Assembly (NCBI RefSeq): GCF_001194135.2
Contig: NC_068998.1
Coordinates: 45,600,093-45,662,044, forward strand
Reading direction: 5' to 3'
From: Octopus bimaculoides
Taxonomy: Eukaryota
DNA: 61,952 nt
Shown one piece after another: positions 1 to 13,583 of the stretch. Made by a program: the position numbers and the translations under genes. A model generated the notes under the pieces. It did no database searches, was not told the origin of the DNA, and was given only the letters and a program-made list of their open reading frames with translations. Each line of letters opens with the position of its first letter. Position 1 is the stretch's first letter.

Positions 1-699
1 ATATATAAAGCAAAAGTAAACATACATTGGCAATGTATGAAGTTCTTAATTGATACACTCAAGTTCTTTTTATAGCTTTGGGTTCTGATAGCATGATGTC
101 TCCATATCTGAGTATGTGTGCATGTATGTCGTTTTTCTCATATAGGCATATCAATTCAAACAACTTAATGTTGTCTTGGCTGAATTCAAAGAAGAAATAA
201 ACCTGTTCTTTTACAATTCATTTGCAGCCCAGCACGCCATTTTGTTTAGAATACAAGCCACGTGCTGATTGTAAATGATTACCTCAGGTAGAATAATATA
301 TATATTAAAAAAAAAAAAATAGATGATAGTTGGTAGTTGTGGTGGTGATAGTGGTGGCGGTGGTGGTGGAGATGGCAGTGAAGCAGGTGGTGNNNNNNNN
401 NNNNNNNNNNNNNNNNNNNNNNNNNNNNNNNNNNNNNNNNNNNNNNNNNNNNNNNNNNNNNNNNNNNNNNNNNNNNNNNNNNNNNNNNNNNNNNNNNNNN
501 NNNNNNNNNNNNNNNNNNNNNNNNNNNNNNNNNNNNNNNNNNNNNNNNNNNNNNNNNNNNNNNNNNNNNNNNNNNNNNNNNNNNNNNNNNNNNNNNNNNN
601 NNNNNNNNNNNNNNNNNNNNNNNNNNNNNNNNNNNNNNNNNNNNNNNNNNNNNNNNNNNNNNNNNNNNNNNNNNNNNNNNNNNNNNNNNNNNNNNNNNN

Positions 700-755
<56 letters not shown>

Positions 756-757
756 TT

Positions 758-804
<47 letters not shown>

Positions 805-1013
805 ATTTTTGCCAACAGCACAGGGCTACACATGTTAAGGAGGGGGGGATTAGTCAATTAAATTTAAGCTAATACACGACTAGTACTTTATCTTATTGAC
901 CCCCGCATGAATATAATGCAAAGTCGATCCTGGTGTCATTTGAACTCTCAATGCAAAATTCCAAAAACAATAACAATAATTGTTTCTAATTTAATTTCTA
1001 ATTTAGACACAAT

Positions 1014-1450
1014 ATCTGAGCAAGAGGACAAAGTTTCCAGTTTTCCGGTTTTCAGATCACTTGTCCATCATGTCCTGCTCTATAGCTGTGAAACTTGGAC
1101 ATTGTCCAAAGCTTTTAGGGACCACCTGAACTCTTTTGGTACCAGAGAATGCTTCACAGGATTATGGGCTTCCATTGGTCAGATTTCATATCCAATCAAC
1201 GACTATATTCTGAAACTGGGATGTGTCCTGTTACATAAATGATTCAGGAGCATCAGCTTATACTGTTTGGTTATGTTGCCTGAATTTCAGAGTTGGGTCC
1301 CGTATACTGTGCTCTACTCTGTGAGGACCCAGGTAGAGTGAAGGCTCGTGTTGGTCAGCCACATGCCGCGTGGTCATGGCAAATGAGAAAGTATTTCACA
1401 AAGATGAGAACTGACTGAAACATTGCACAGGATTGCCTGGGACGACCTGA
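1014..1450 (+). mobile_element. Decayed RTE-clade LINE, C-terminal part of the RT ORF
   Basis: Translates to VFRSLVHHVLLYSCETWTLSKAFRDHLNSFGT and, after a frameshift, LHRIMGFHWSDFISNQRLYSETGMCPVT*MIQEHQLILFGYVA. The LLYxCETWTL and QLxLFGHV motifs are typical of RTE ORFs. Stops and frameshift present. Confidence 0.85.
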
Positions 1451-1525
1451 GCAGTTACTCCACCACCTACTACAACACTATTGCAGTACCAACACTACTA
1501 TACATAAGAACACTATCACAGCATC

Positions 1526-1735
1526 GGTGAGCTGGCAGAAACATTAGCATGTTGGGTGAAATGCTTAGCAGTATTTCGTCTGATTTTATGTTCTGAGTTC
1601 AAATTCCACCGAGGTCGACTTTGCCTTTCATCCTTTCGGGGTTGATAAATTAAGTACCAGTTGTGTACTGGGGTTGATCTAATCAACTGGCCTCTCGCCC
1701 CAACATTTCAGACCTTGTGCCTAGAGTAGAAAAGT
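1526..1735 (+). mobile_element. tRNA-derived SINE, family A (tail variant A1)
   Basis: Head gagctggcagaaacattagc, B-box-like gagttcaaattcc, body gaggtcgactttgcctttcatcctttcgggg, tail ggccttgtgcctagagtagaaaag. The same sequence recurs many times in the window. Confidence 0.85.
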
Positions 1736-3197
1736 AAAAACAGCATCACCACCACCGCCACTACCAATACTAGCACCACTACTACCAACACCACCACTAC
1801 CAACACCACCAAATCCACCACTACCAACACCTCTATTACCAACACCATCAACACCATCACTACCAATACCACCAACAGAATCATCACCACCACCACTGCC
1901 AACACCACCACCACTATCAATATCACCACTACCAACACCACCACTACCAACAGCATCAACACTATCATAGAACCGACACAAATGCCAACATTACCATGAA
2001 ATAATAAGGTAGCTTCTATGCAGTTGCTTGATTTACAAGAAATGGCAAATTTTCCTCCAACAATACACTACCATCTTAAAACTGATTCAACGTTTAGTAT
2101 AAACTATTACGAAATATGATACGCTTGAAAAAAAGATAGGATGATCACAGCTTGGATTCTAGTTGAACTATAAAGTTTCGACACAGAAATATTTCTCTCA
2201 GCACCTGTAAACACCATCAAAGACTAACAGAGGTTACAATTTTGCATCAAAGTCTGCAAAATATCTTCACACTTCATGGTTTATAAATAATCTGGAAAAA
2301 TTCATGAATTTACAGGAAGAAAAACAATAATATCAACAAAACACCAGTCATGATGCAAATAGGAAGTACTGCTGTTAACTTCCTTCCCAACATCAAAGGC
2401 ATAACACGGAATACACTTAGAAGTGAATGCTTCATCCACTAAAATAAATTATGTAAACATGACATAAAAAAGTTAAAGAATTCTGGAGTGCAGTAGTAAT
2501 GACATTAAAATCACTTTTATGGAAGTAAAAGATTTTATAATGAATGACAAACTGTAAGTGTGCTGAGAAAAATACTGGGAATTAGACATGTCAGATGTAG
2601 TGTTAGTATTGTCATGTGATGCGTATAGATGACACCTGCATAAAAAAGTGCTGATTATTAAATGTTGATGGATTGTGTGGCAAACGGAAACCCAGAACAA
2701 AGAAGACCATTCTCAAGAGTTAAGCTTCACAGAGAAGATTCCAAAGGGCCAAGATGATTAGTGAATTGCTGTGCTTGAGAAGATCTCTCCACCTCAAAAT
2801 GGAAAAGGAAAATGAGGTCTTAAAAGCATATTGTTTACTTCTATACACCTGCATCCAATCTATACCTGTCAAGCCTTCCTCACCGCCCTCTCTATTACTC
2901 TTCTAACTACAGCACTATTTACTTAGCTGCTGTAATAAGATGAGTGCAGGACTACATATATTACATCTCCCTTTTTGTGCTACCAGTTATCCCTCTCCTT
3001 GGAAACACTTTTTTTACTCATTCTACATTCTCAAAATCATCCCTCACCACTTTCTTTTCCACTGAATGCCTTCATCTTCCCCCTGAAACTGTGTTCACCA
3101 CTCGCTGCATTCGCCTCCATGTCTCAAGTCATCTCTCCTTTTACACTCTCATAAACTGACCTCTTTCCTATTCTGTGTCCATTATCTCTCTTATATT

Positions 3198-3433
3198 CTT
3201 ATTTCTTTATTGCCCACATGGGGCTAAACATAGAGGGGACAAACAAGGACAGACAAAGGGATTAAGTCGATTACATCGACCCCAGTGCGTAACTGGTACT
3301 TAATTTATCGACCCCTGAAAGGATGAAAAGCAAAGTCGACCTCGGCGGAATTTGAACTCAGAACGTAACGGCAGACGAAATACCGCTAAGCATTTCGCCC
3401 AGTGTGCTAATGTTTCTGCCAGCTCGCCACCTT
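3198..3433 (-). mobile_element. SINE family A (tail variant A2), near full length
   Basis: Reverse complement of the family A head and body with the alternative tail ttaatccctttgtctgtccttgtttgtcccctctatgtttagcccc; closely matches 25601-25877 and 38760-38993. Confidence 0.85.
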
Positions 3434-3451
3434 AATGTCCATTTAATGTCC

Positions 3452-3585
3452 ATTTTCCATGCTGGCAGCAGTGGTTGGACAGCTTGACGGACTGACAAGG
3501 TCAGGGGCTGCACCAAGTTCCACCCTTCCTAACGCCAGCCACTTGACTGAGTGTACTGGGTGCTTTTAACATGGCGCCATCATTT
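3452..3585 (-). mobile_element. Degenerate family C retroposon fragment
   Basis: ttccatgctggcagcagtggttggac ... cccttcctaacgccagccact matches the family C copies at 9058 and 9784. Confidence 0.6.
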
Positions 3586-5044
3586 GTCCCTTTTTTGTAG
3601 CTCCTATGGCAATGCTTTTTATGAGGTACCTTGGTTTTATGCTCTCAATTCTGTTGTGACAGACAGGTCTTCTTGAGTACAACAATGCACCGCATACTTC
3701 AGCATTCTAAATTACACTCTAATCAGACTTGACAGACCTTCCACAATGGAGGTGGCCTAATAACATAAAAAGCAATATTTCGTTGATTAGTTGATTGCGC
3801 CTCACAGTTCATCCCATCACCTGTGTGTCATAGAACTACTTGATAGTTGTTGACCAGGAACTGCACAGCAGCAACACAACAATCTACACCCCTACCACTA
3901 CAAACACCATGACCACCGCCAATAACAGCACAACCACCATCACTATTACAACAGCACTAACATCACCATCAGAAGCGCTTTCTGTACTAACGCTAACACC
4001 GCATTAGCATAAATAAGAGTAATAGCAACAACTCAGTAACAAAGACAAACCCCTTCCTTCCTTGCCCACCACCATAATCAATAATTTTTTTCCCCTTAAT
4101 TATTCTTAAAAAGCTTTGTTTAAAAGTGAGATCTTGGAAAACTGGTTGTTCACAACTTCATTGGAGAAATTATCCAATCCACTTTCCTGCACCACCACCA
4201 CCACCACCACCACCACTATCACTACCACCTCTACTATCAACACCACCACCACTATCATCCCCACCAATCACTATCACCACCATCATGACCATTACCACTG
4301 CCACCACCACCACCACCACCTCTATCACCACCATCTCAACCATCATGCCATCATCGCCATCACCATCACCCACATTACCACCACCACTTTCACAATCATC
4401 ACTACCACCACCACCACCACCACCACCACCACTACCACTACCACTACCACCACCACCACCACCACTGCCATCACTCTCACGTCACATAATCTTTCCAATA
4501 ATTCAATACAGATTTTCTTTTCTGATTTTACTTTCTAATGTTCTTGGTTTTGTTTTTCTGTAAAGTGCTCCTTTATAGTTGTATATCTTCTTTTTTTATT
4601 TTTCTTATATTGGTAGAGTTATTATTATTTATTTTTAATATTATTATTACTATTATTATTATTATCATTGTTATTGTTGTCATATTTATGAACATTATTG
4701 TCGTTGTTGTTATTATTATTTTATATTTTTCTTGCTAGGAAGTTTTGTTATTACTATATTTGCCAAGTGTTGAAGCATTAAATCTGTATTTTGATTGAAA
4801 AGTGCTCAGTGGGAGGTGCCATGGCTGAGTTGGTAAGTTACTGAACTATTGCTATCAAGATCTAAGGATCAAATCTCTATGCAGCTGTTTTGTATTATTA
4901 TTTCATGGTTTCTTTTTATAATCTTTATGATTATTTGATTCTATGTCTGTCTGTCATTGTTTCCTCATCCATCACCCTGGTAGTAAAAAAAAAAATTATC
5001 GTTTGCATTATCATTATTATTATTAATTATTATTATTGTTATTA

Positions 5045-5491
5045 AGGTGAGGGTGGCAAGCAGGCAGAATCGTTAGCATGCCAGACGAATTGCTTAGCAG
5101 TAACTCACCCATCTTCACGTTCTGAGTTAAAATTCCATTGAAGTCGACATGTCCTTTCATCCTTTCGGGGACGATGAAATAAGTACCAGTTATGCACTGG
5201 GGTCAGAAATTGACTCGTCCACCCCCACCCCCTCTGCTCACCCCAAAATTTCAGGCCCTGTGCCTATAGCAAAAAGGATTATTCTTAAGGCATCAAGCTG
5301 GCAGAATTGTTAGCATGCTGCATGAAATGCTTCGTGGTATTTCACTTGTCGCTATGTTCTGAGTTCAAACCCTGCCGAGATCAGCTTTACCTTTCATCCT
5401 TTTGGGGTCAATAAATTAAGTACCAGTGAAACACTGGGGTCAATGTAATCAACTAGTCCCCTCCCACCAAAATTTTAGGCCTCTTAGGGAC

Positions 5492-5534
<43 letters not shown>

Positions 5535-5602
5535 TAGTTTTATTTTTATAACGTGCTTTCACTTCACTACCGAGCGCAGCTCTGTGCGCCTTGGGTATTA
5601 TT

Positions 5603-5649
<47 letters not shown>

Positions 5650-5681
5650 CATCATTATTATTATTATTATTATCATCATCA

Positions 5682-5745
<64 letters not shown>

Positions 5746-6210
5746 TACTACTACTACTACTAAGATGGCAAGCTGGCAGAATCGTTAGCACACCAGGCAA
5801 AGTGCTTAGTGGCATTTCGCCTATCTTTACATTGTGAGTTCAAATTCTGCGGCGCTTTGCTTTTCATCTTTCCAGGGTCAACAAAATAAGTTCTAGTCAA
5901 GTACTGGGAGCAATGTAATTAACTTCACCCACTCCTCAAAGACTGCTGGCCATGCGCCAAAATTTGAAACCATTATTATTATTATTATCATTCTTTTAAC
6001 TCAGGTTCTGTTGCATGCATAGCAGGTTTACTACCTGCAGTCTACAATACAATATCTGTTCTTTTCAACTAACACAATCCTGATGGTTCTGGCCATGCCA
6101 AACAAGCAAACTTTTTGTGCAACATCTCTGCTGGGAACTTTTGGAGCTGTTGTGCAAAGTTTGCTTACTTGGCACATTAATGTTATTATTATTGTTATTA
6201 TTATTATTAC

Positions 6211-6246
<36 letters not shown>

Positions 6247-6355
6247 CATCATCATTATTACTAAAATATTCACCAGTTGAGCACTAGGGTCGATGTAGTT
6301 AGCTTAACCCCTACTCAAAATTGCTGGTCTTCAGCCAAAATTTGAAACCATTATT
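5045..6355 (+). mobile_element. Train of three family A SINEs plus a 3' fragment, separated by (ATT)n tracts
   Basis: Copies at about 5045-5285, 5286-5490, 5761-5975 and 6270-6355, all in the same orientation; (att)n runs follow the tails. Confidence 0.8.
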
Positions 6356-6360
6356 ATAAT

Positions 6361-6364
6361 CATT

Positions 6365-6397
<33 letters not shown>

Positions 6398-6930
6398 GGT
6401 AGTGGTGGTGGTGGTGGTGGTGGTATTATTGTTACTGATGATGGTGATAATAATGATGATGATTATGACAGTGATGAGGATAATGGTGGTGAATGATGAC
6501 GATGACGACGATAACAGCGACGATGACAATGATGATGGTGAAGACGACGGCGATGCTGATGACAACGATGACAATGACGATGATGATGATGATGATCAAA
6601 ATAGTTATCATGGATAATGATGTTACTGAAGAAGAATCATGATTCGAGAAAATGTTACTGATGACGGTGATGATGATGATGACAACGACGATGATGATAA
6701 TGATGATGACGGTGCATCTGGTGATGGAAGCAACGTGAAAATAATATTAGCAATGATAAGAATTATCATGCTGATGGTGGTGGTGGTGGCAGTAGTGGAA
6801 GAGGTGGAAGTGGCTGTGGTGGTGGCAGTGGTAGTGGTAGTGGTAGTGGTGGTGGTGGTTTGTAGTGATGGTGGTGGGGTGGTTGCAGTGATGTTAACGA
6901 TGATGTTGATAATACAGTTGCTAATGAAGC
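6361..6930. repeat. Compound trinucleotide microsatellite (GTT/GGT/GAT/GAC)
   Basis: Directly visible; accounts for the poly-L/V/D/M pseudo-ORFs. Confidence 0.9.
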
Positions 6931-7199
6931 CACACACACATATATATATACTCAACATATACATACACACATATCTATTCAATATCTGTACACATGTACA
7001 TACAGGTACTCACATTATACACTCACATATACACAAACACACAAACTTTTATGTACAAGCACACACATTCAACATATTTATCTATACAGAGATACACACA
7101 TACACGCATACACACACATGCCTACACATACAGGTACACACATCCACACATGCATATACTTACATACAGGTGCACACATATACACACAAATACACATAC

Positions 7200-7391
7200 A
7201 CTAATGCAGATACAGACGTCCACACACTCATATATATATATGCACACACACACACACACAAACAAATCTATATAGAAACACATACACACACACATACATA
7301 CACACACATATATACACACAACCATATGCATTTACAGTTACATATACACACACTCACATACACAGTCACATATGCACACATATATATACAA

Positions 7392-7440
<49 letters not shown>

Positions 7441-7575
7441 AATCTATATAGAAACACACACACACATATACACACACANNNNNNNNNNNNNNNNNNNNGC
7501 ATTTACAGTTACATATACACACACTCACATACACAGTCACATATGCACACATATATATACAAACACACATACACA

Positions 7576-7607
<32 letters not shown>

Positions 7608-7710
7608 AACAAATCTATATAGAAACACACACACACATATACACACACATTTACAGTTACATATACACACACTCACATACACAGTCACATATGCACACAC
7701 ACACACACAC
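7200..7710. repeat. About 170-bp higher-order repeat of CA-rich cryptic microsatellite (about 3 units, spans a 20-N gap)
   Basis: aaacaaatctatatagaaacac at about 7261, 7436 and 7607; atttacagttacatatacacacactcac at about 7330, 7501 and 7649. Confidence 0.75.
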
Positions 7711-8240
7711 AGCTATTCCATACATTGATCTATTTGAGAAACAGATGTCTCTCCCACCCCACTCACTAACTTTCTTCTTCTTCATTGTCAAGAGATAAAA
7801 AAGAAAAAAAATACTAGACAAGTGCACTTGTAAGGAACTGCCGCAGCTAAGGTGCATACTGTGAACAATAACTGCTGCACCAGACTAGATTGTATGTAAA
7901 CAGTAGGCTATGTGCTTGCAAATCGAAACATGCAACTTTCTTGCACATTCAGTTACACTCGAAGTTGTTCATAGTGGAGAATACAGACAAAACTGACTGA
8001 GTAAAATATCTATTCTAATTATCATTGTTGTCATCGTCATCGTCATCATAATCATAATCATCATCATCATCATCGTCGTCGTCGTTGTTGTTGTTGTCAT
8101 TATTATTGTTGTTGCCACTGCTAACAATGTTCTTATTATATTATAAGTCAATGAAATAAGTACCTGCTGAACACAGGGATCGATATGATTGGCTAGCCTG
8201 CTCTACCAAAATTTCCAGCTTTGTGCCTATGGTAGAAAGG

Positions 8241-8287
<47 letters not shown>

Positions 8288-8291
8288 CATT

Positions 8292-8505
8292 TGGTGAGCT
8301 GGCAGAAACGTTAGCACGCCGGGTGAAATGCTTAGTGGTATTTCGTCTGCCTTTACATTCTGAGTTCAAATTCCGCCGAGGTCGACTTTGCGTTTCATCT
8401 TTCTGGGGGTCGATAAATTAAGTACCAATTGCGTACTGGTGTCGATCTAATCGACTGGGCCCCTCCCCACAAATTTCAGGCCTTGTGCCTAGAGTAAAAA
8501 AGAAT
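8292..8505 (+). mobile_element. SINE family A (A1), low divergence
   Basis: ggtgagctggcagaaacgttagcacgccggg through ggccttgtgcctagagtaaaaaag; preceded by (att)n that follows a remnant tail of another copy. Confidence 0.9.
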
Positions 8506-9023
8506 TGTTAGCACACAGCGTGAAATGTTTAGTGATATTTCGTCTGTTTTTACATTCAGAGTTCCTCAGCATTCTAAAAGTTGCATGTGTGTGTGTGTGT
8601 GTGTGTATACATATACATGTGCCTGTGTATTTACGTACATATATGTATGCAGCGTCCAAAACAGATGACTCAATGACCTGGATGTTGTTGCTCTTCCATT
8701 ACTTTTGCAACCAGCAGTAACTTTCTTCAGCTGAACACATGTCATCGATTGGTTAAAATTACTTAAATACGACAACTTTAACACAAAATAACTTCTAAAA
8801 AACAAAATTTTGTCAAAAACGTCAAGAGTAAACCGTGTTCTACGTGACACATTCAACCAGTATCCAAATTTTCAAACTGCTTAGTTAAAAAGAATTAATT
8901 AAAAAATCTGTGACTGAGATTGAAAAGATCCTTTTTTGGAACATCTTCACACACACACAAACACACTTATATATACATATATACATACACACACATAAAC
9001 ACACACACACATGCATATATATA

Positions 9024-9057
<34 letters not shown>

Positions 9058-9058
<1 letters not shown>

Positions 9059-9420
9059 TCATCATCATCATCATCATCGTTTAACGTCCGCTTTCCATGC
9101 TAGCATGGGTTGGACGATTTGATTGAGGACTGGTGAAACCGGATGGCAACACCAGGCTCCAATCTGATTTGGNNNNNNNNNNATGCTAGCATGGGTTGGA
9201 CGATTTGATTGAGGACTGGTGAAACCGGATGGCAACACCAGGCTCCAATCTGATTTGGCAGAATTTCTACAGCTGGATGCCCTTCCTAACGCCAACCACT
9301 CAAAGAGTGTAGTGGGTGCTTTTACGTGTCACCCGCACGAAGGCCAGTCCAGGGGCGCTGGCAACGATCTCGCTCGAAAATCCTACGAAAGCCAGTCAGG
9401 CGGTACACAAACACACACAG
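9058..9420 (-). mobile_element. Family C non-autonomous retroposon ((GAT)n tail), with duplicated sequence across a 10-N gap
   Basis: (cat)n cgtttaacgtccgctttccatgctagcatgggttggacg ... gcccttcctaacgccaaccactc; the block atgctagc...gatttgg appears on both sides of the gap. Confidence 0.8.
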
Positions 9421-9447
9421 ACATTAAATGGTGATAATGATGTATAT

Positions 9448-9478
<31 letters not shown>

Positions 9479-9732
9479 AATAATATATAAATATATGCAT
9501 ATATACATATATGTACATGCCTACATATATATGTATATATACATGCATATATGGGTACAGGACATAAAAAAACATGAACAGAATGAGAAGCAAGAACATA
9601 AAAAACAAAAACATAGAAAACAAACTTTTTTCGAACAACAAAAGAAACAAATAGAGAAACAAGACAGGCAACATAAAAAAAAACATTCCCTTCATCAGTT
9701 GTCCCCTGTTTTATCTACTTCGCATTTCGAAG

Positions 9733-9778
<46 letters not shown>

Positions 9779-9783
9779 AACAC

Positions 9784-10235
9784 ATCATCATCATCTTCAT
9801 CGTCGTTTGACGTCTGCTTTCCATGCTAGCATGGGTTGGACGATTTGACTGAGGACTGGTGAAACCGGATGGCAACACCAGGCTCCAATCTGATTTGGCA
9901 GAGTTTCTACAGCTGGATGCCCTTCCTAATGCCAACCACTCAGAGAGTGTAGTGGGTGCTTTTTATGTGCCACCGGAACGAAGGCCAGTCAGGCGAGACT
10001 GGCAACGACCACGCTCAAAATGGTGTATTTTGTGTGCCACCCACACAAGAGCCAGTCCGGGCGCACTGGCAACGATCTCGCTTGAAAGTCCTTACACATG
10101 CCACGGGCACAAGTGCCAGAAAGGCAATGCTGGGCACAGGTACCATCACAATTTCGCTTTCGCTTGCCCCAATAAGTCTTCGCAAGCTGAGTTTCGTGTC
10201 CAATGAGGGAGACGACATTGGCATGGGTGCCAGAC
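9784..10235 (-). mobile_element. Family C retroposon, long copy with 5' subrepeats
   Basis: Same 3' body as 9058, followed by repeated ctggcaacga(c/t)c units. Confidence 0.8.
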
Positions 10236-10500
10236 ACATGTTTATATTACATTATACAAATACACACACGCATATATTTATATAGATAGATACTTCAGTA
10301 TATCTATGTCTCAGTCAGTCTAATTTATGTATTTGACTGTAAACAAGTACACCAAAATTTGTCCATTCATATCAAATATATAATTTAAGAACTTGATATA
10401 GCATATACTTTGCTGAACAAAGTACAGGGGCTCATGCAATCATCTTGACACTTCAAAGAAGTGCTCCAGTATGACCATAGTCCAATGACTGGCTACTATT

Positions 10501-10592
10501 TTAATAACAGAATAGATAGACAAAGAGGAAACTGACCAATGATAACAGAGATGCTGTGAATTGCAGAAAGTACAGTGCTGAATATTGGGTTG
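10501..10592 (-). CDS. Candidate terminal exon encoding a hydrophobic C-terminus (xTQYSALYFLQFTASLLSLVSFLFVYLFCY*)
   Basis: Strong acceptor atttctttgttttcaacag on the minus strand; the phase-1 frame gives a TM- or GPI-signal-like tail and a TAA stop. The other two frames are also open for some distance, so the frame is not fixed. No homology recognised. Confidence 0.3.
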
Positions 10593-10746
10593 CTGTTGAA
10601 AACAAAGAAATGAATATAAACATTTGTTGTAGGAAATATAAGAAAAGCCAAAAAAAAAAAAGAAAATGGAAAAATAGAAATTCATTTCTGTTTCGAAAAA
10701 CACAATGATAAGATGAATAATAATAATAATAATAGCGGTGGGGGGG

Positions 10747-10778
<32 letters not shown>

Positions 10779-10944
10779 GTGGTGATAATATGCTTTGAGT
10801 TATTTATAAAGCTGTGTTGTTTTGGATGAGCTATTCTGCCTAATAACTATCAGCCAGTCTTATCTCTTTAGTATGTGTGCAACTCTGTAAGTGTGTGTTT
10901 TGTGTACGTGTATATGAGATATGTGTGTGTATAATACGTATATA

Positions 10945-11026
<82 letters not shown>

Positions 11027-11288
11027 GTATGTTTGTATATGTATACGATAGTTGTTAACTATAATGGTGAGTACGATACGTGTGCAAATATCTCTTCTCT
11101 ACATTTCTCCTTCTCTCTTTTTTTCTCCATCTCCCTCTATCTGTCTGTCTGTCTGTCTCTCTCTCTTTCTCTCTCTCACTTTCTCAATTTGTACTTAAAT
11201 ATTTTCTTTATTTGTGCTGACTTCTTTATTATCTCATTTTCCTCCTTAACAACTCGGTAGAATACTTTAAAGAAAACCTGTGTGTATG

Positions 11289-11322
<34 letters not shown>

Positions 11323-13549
11323 TGTACATATGTACATATGTATGTGTATGTATGTATATATGTATGTATGTATGTACGTATGTATGTAGTGTATATCTAT
11401 GTATGTTTGTATGTATATGTCTATGTGTGTGTATGTGTTTGTATGTATGTATGTATATATGTGTCTCATGCAGNNNNNNNNNNNNNNNNNNNNNNNNNNN
11501 NNNNNNNNNNNNNNNNNNNNNNNNNNNNNNNNNNNNNNNNNNNNNNNNNNNNNNNNNNNNNNNNNNNNNNNNNNNNNNNNNNNNNNNNNNNNNNNNNNNN
11601 NNNNNNNNNNNNNNNNNNNNNNNNNNNNNNNNNNNNNNNNNNNNNNNNNNNNNNNNNNNNNNNNNNNNNNNNNNNNNNNNNNNNNNNNNNNNNNNNNNNN
11701 NNNNNNNNNNNNNNNNNNNNNNNNNNNNNNNNNNNNNNNNNNNNNNNNNNNNNNNNNNNNNNNNNNNNNNNNNNNNNNNNNNNNNNNNNNNNNNNNNNNN
11801 NNNNNNNNNNNNNNNNNNNNNNNNNNNNNNNNNNNNNNNNNNNNNNNNNNNNNNNNNNNNNNNNNNNNNNNNNNNNNNNNNNNNNNNNNNNNNNNNNNNN
11901 NNNNNNNNNNNNNNNNNNNNNNNNNNNNNNNNNNNNNNNNNNNNNNNNNNNNNNNNNNNNNNNNNNNNNNNNNNNNNNNNNNNNNNNNNNNNNNNNNNNN
12001 NNNNNNNNNNNNNNNNNNNNNNNNNNNNNNNNNNNNNNNNNNNNNNNNNNNNNNNNNNNNNNNNNNNNNNNNNNNNNNNNNNNNNNNNNNNNNNNNNNNN
12101 NNNNNNNNNNNNNNNNNNNNNNNNNNNNNNNNNNNNNNNNNNNNNNNNNNNNNNNNNNNNNNNNNNNNNNNNNNNNNNNNNNNNNNNNNNNNNNNNNNNC
12201 TAAAGACCTAATAATAGTTATGTATGTGTTTTTTCGTGTTTTGTTCGAAAGGTAACCACTCCTGAAGAAGTGCCAAACGTCTAAATCCAATGGACCAGTC
12301 ACTGGATAAGTTTGGTACAGAAATGTTAACATAGAGTGGTGAATAAATCGATATATCGAATTTGAAGTCTCTGTCTCTTTTGAATATGAAAATTTAAAAG
12401 TTTAAAAACCTTATGATATAAATATAAACTGTGAGAACGACCCTTAAGGAATCTAATTAATGATCTCCTAAGGTAAGTTCTTATGCTATATTGGTAACGG
12501 TTGCTACATCCTCTGGGAAAATTATTATATATATATATATGTATATATAGATAGATAGATATGAAATGAGATATAAGGAAAGCTTCTAACAAGGTAGAAA
12601 GTTTTTAAAATCCTTTTTATTTCGTGCATGAAGCCTATCTTCAGATGACTACAGTGAAAGAAATGTGTGTTTGTTTGCATTGATCCCACTATTTTGGATA
12701 GATGGACAGACTGCAACCCTGTTTAAATCTGGTGATTGTGCTAGTAGTAATTAGCTCCCTGAATGATGTTGTCATTGGATCCATAGAGGTCACATTGTGG
12801 ACGGTGGTATTGGGGAATGGTGGTGGAAGACTGGGCTGTAGGTTTGATAGCAGCAGTGGCGAAGGTGGTTGTAGAGAGTGGGGAACACTGTAGTAATAGT
12901 AGTAGTCAGTGATGGCATTGTAAACAAGCATATAAGTATATGTACATTCATACATTTGTATGTGATGCATCGAAACTATTTACCTAATAGCTCAATACAA
13001 TGTATATATTTGTTGCACCAACAGAGAAGGTTTCAAAAGAAAATCTGAAAATGTGTAAAGATTATTACAATTTTTTTGTAGTTTTTTTTTTTATCTTATA
13101 ATTTTATTGTTGCTTGTTGTTGTTTTTTGTCTCCAAAAATTTACAAATTCTTGTGGAGAATGGAAATATTTATCCTTGAATACATTTATGAAAATTTAAA
13201 TTGCCAGTGCAGTAATTTTGCACTGATGCATATTTTTCTTATTGTTGTTGTTGTTGCTAATGTTGTTTTGTGCGATGTTGTCATGATTGTTGTGTGTGTT
13301 ATATTTTTGCTTTTTGTCAGTTTTTTTGTTGTTGCTTTGTTATTTCTCCAACATTTTATTGAGATTTTTGAGTGGTAAAGCTTTTATTGCAGTTCCATTT
13401 TTGTTATATTATATTGTATTATATTAAATTATATTACATTATATTGTATTATATACATATATGTGTATAGATATGTGTGTGTGTCTGTATATATATATAT
13501 ATATATATACAGACACACACATATATATTGCATTATATATGTATATATG

Positions 13550-13583
<34 letters not shown>

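Noticed and set aside
146-268. Plus-strand exon-like frame AYQFKQLNVVLAEFKEEINLFFYNSFAAQHAILFRIQATC*
   Set aside because: Plausible acceptor but short, no homology recognised and no linking exon; not distinguishable from chance.
2478-2553. Frame ILECSSNDIKITFMEVKDFIMNDKL ending at a gtaagt donor
   Set aside because: The acceptor is purine-rich and implausible, and there is no corroboration.
9100-9260. Tandem duplication within family C (similarly 25680-25760 within family A)
   Set aside because: The duplicated blocks flank 10-N gaps, typical of unmerged contig overlaps.
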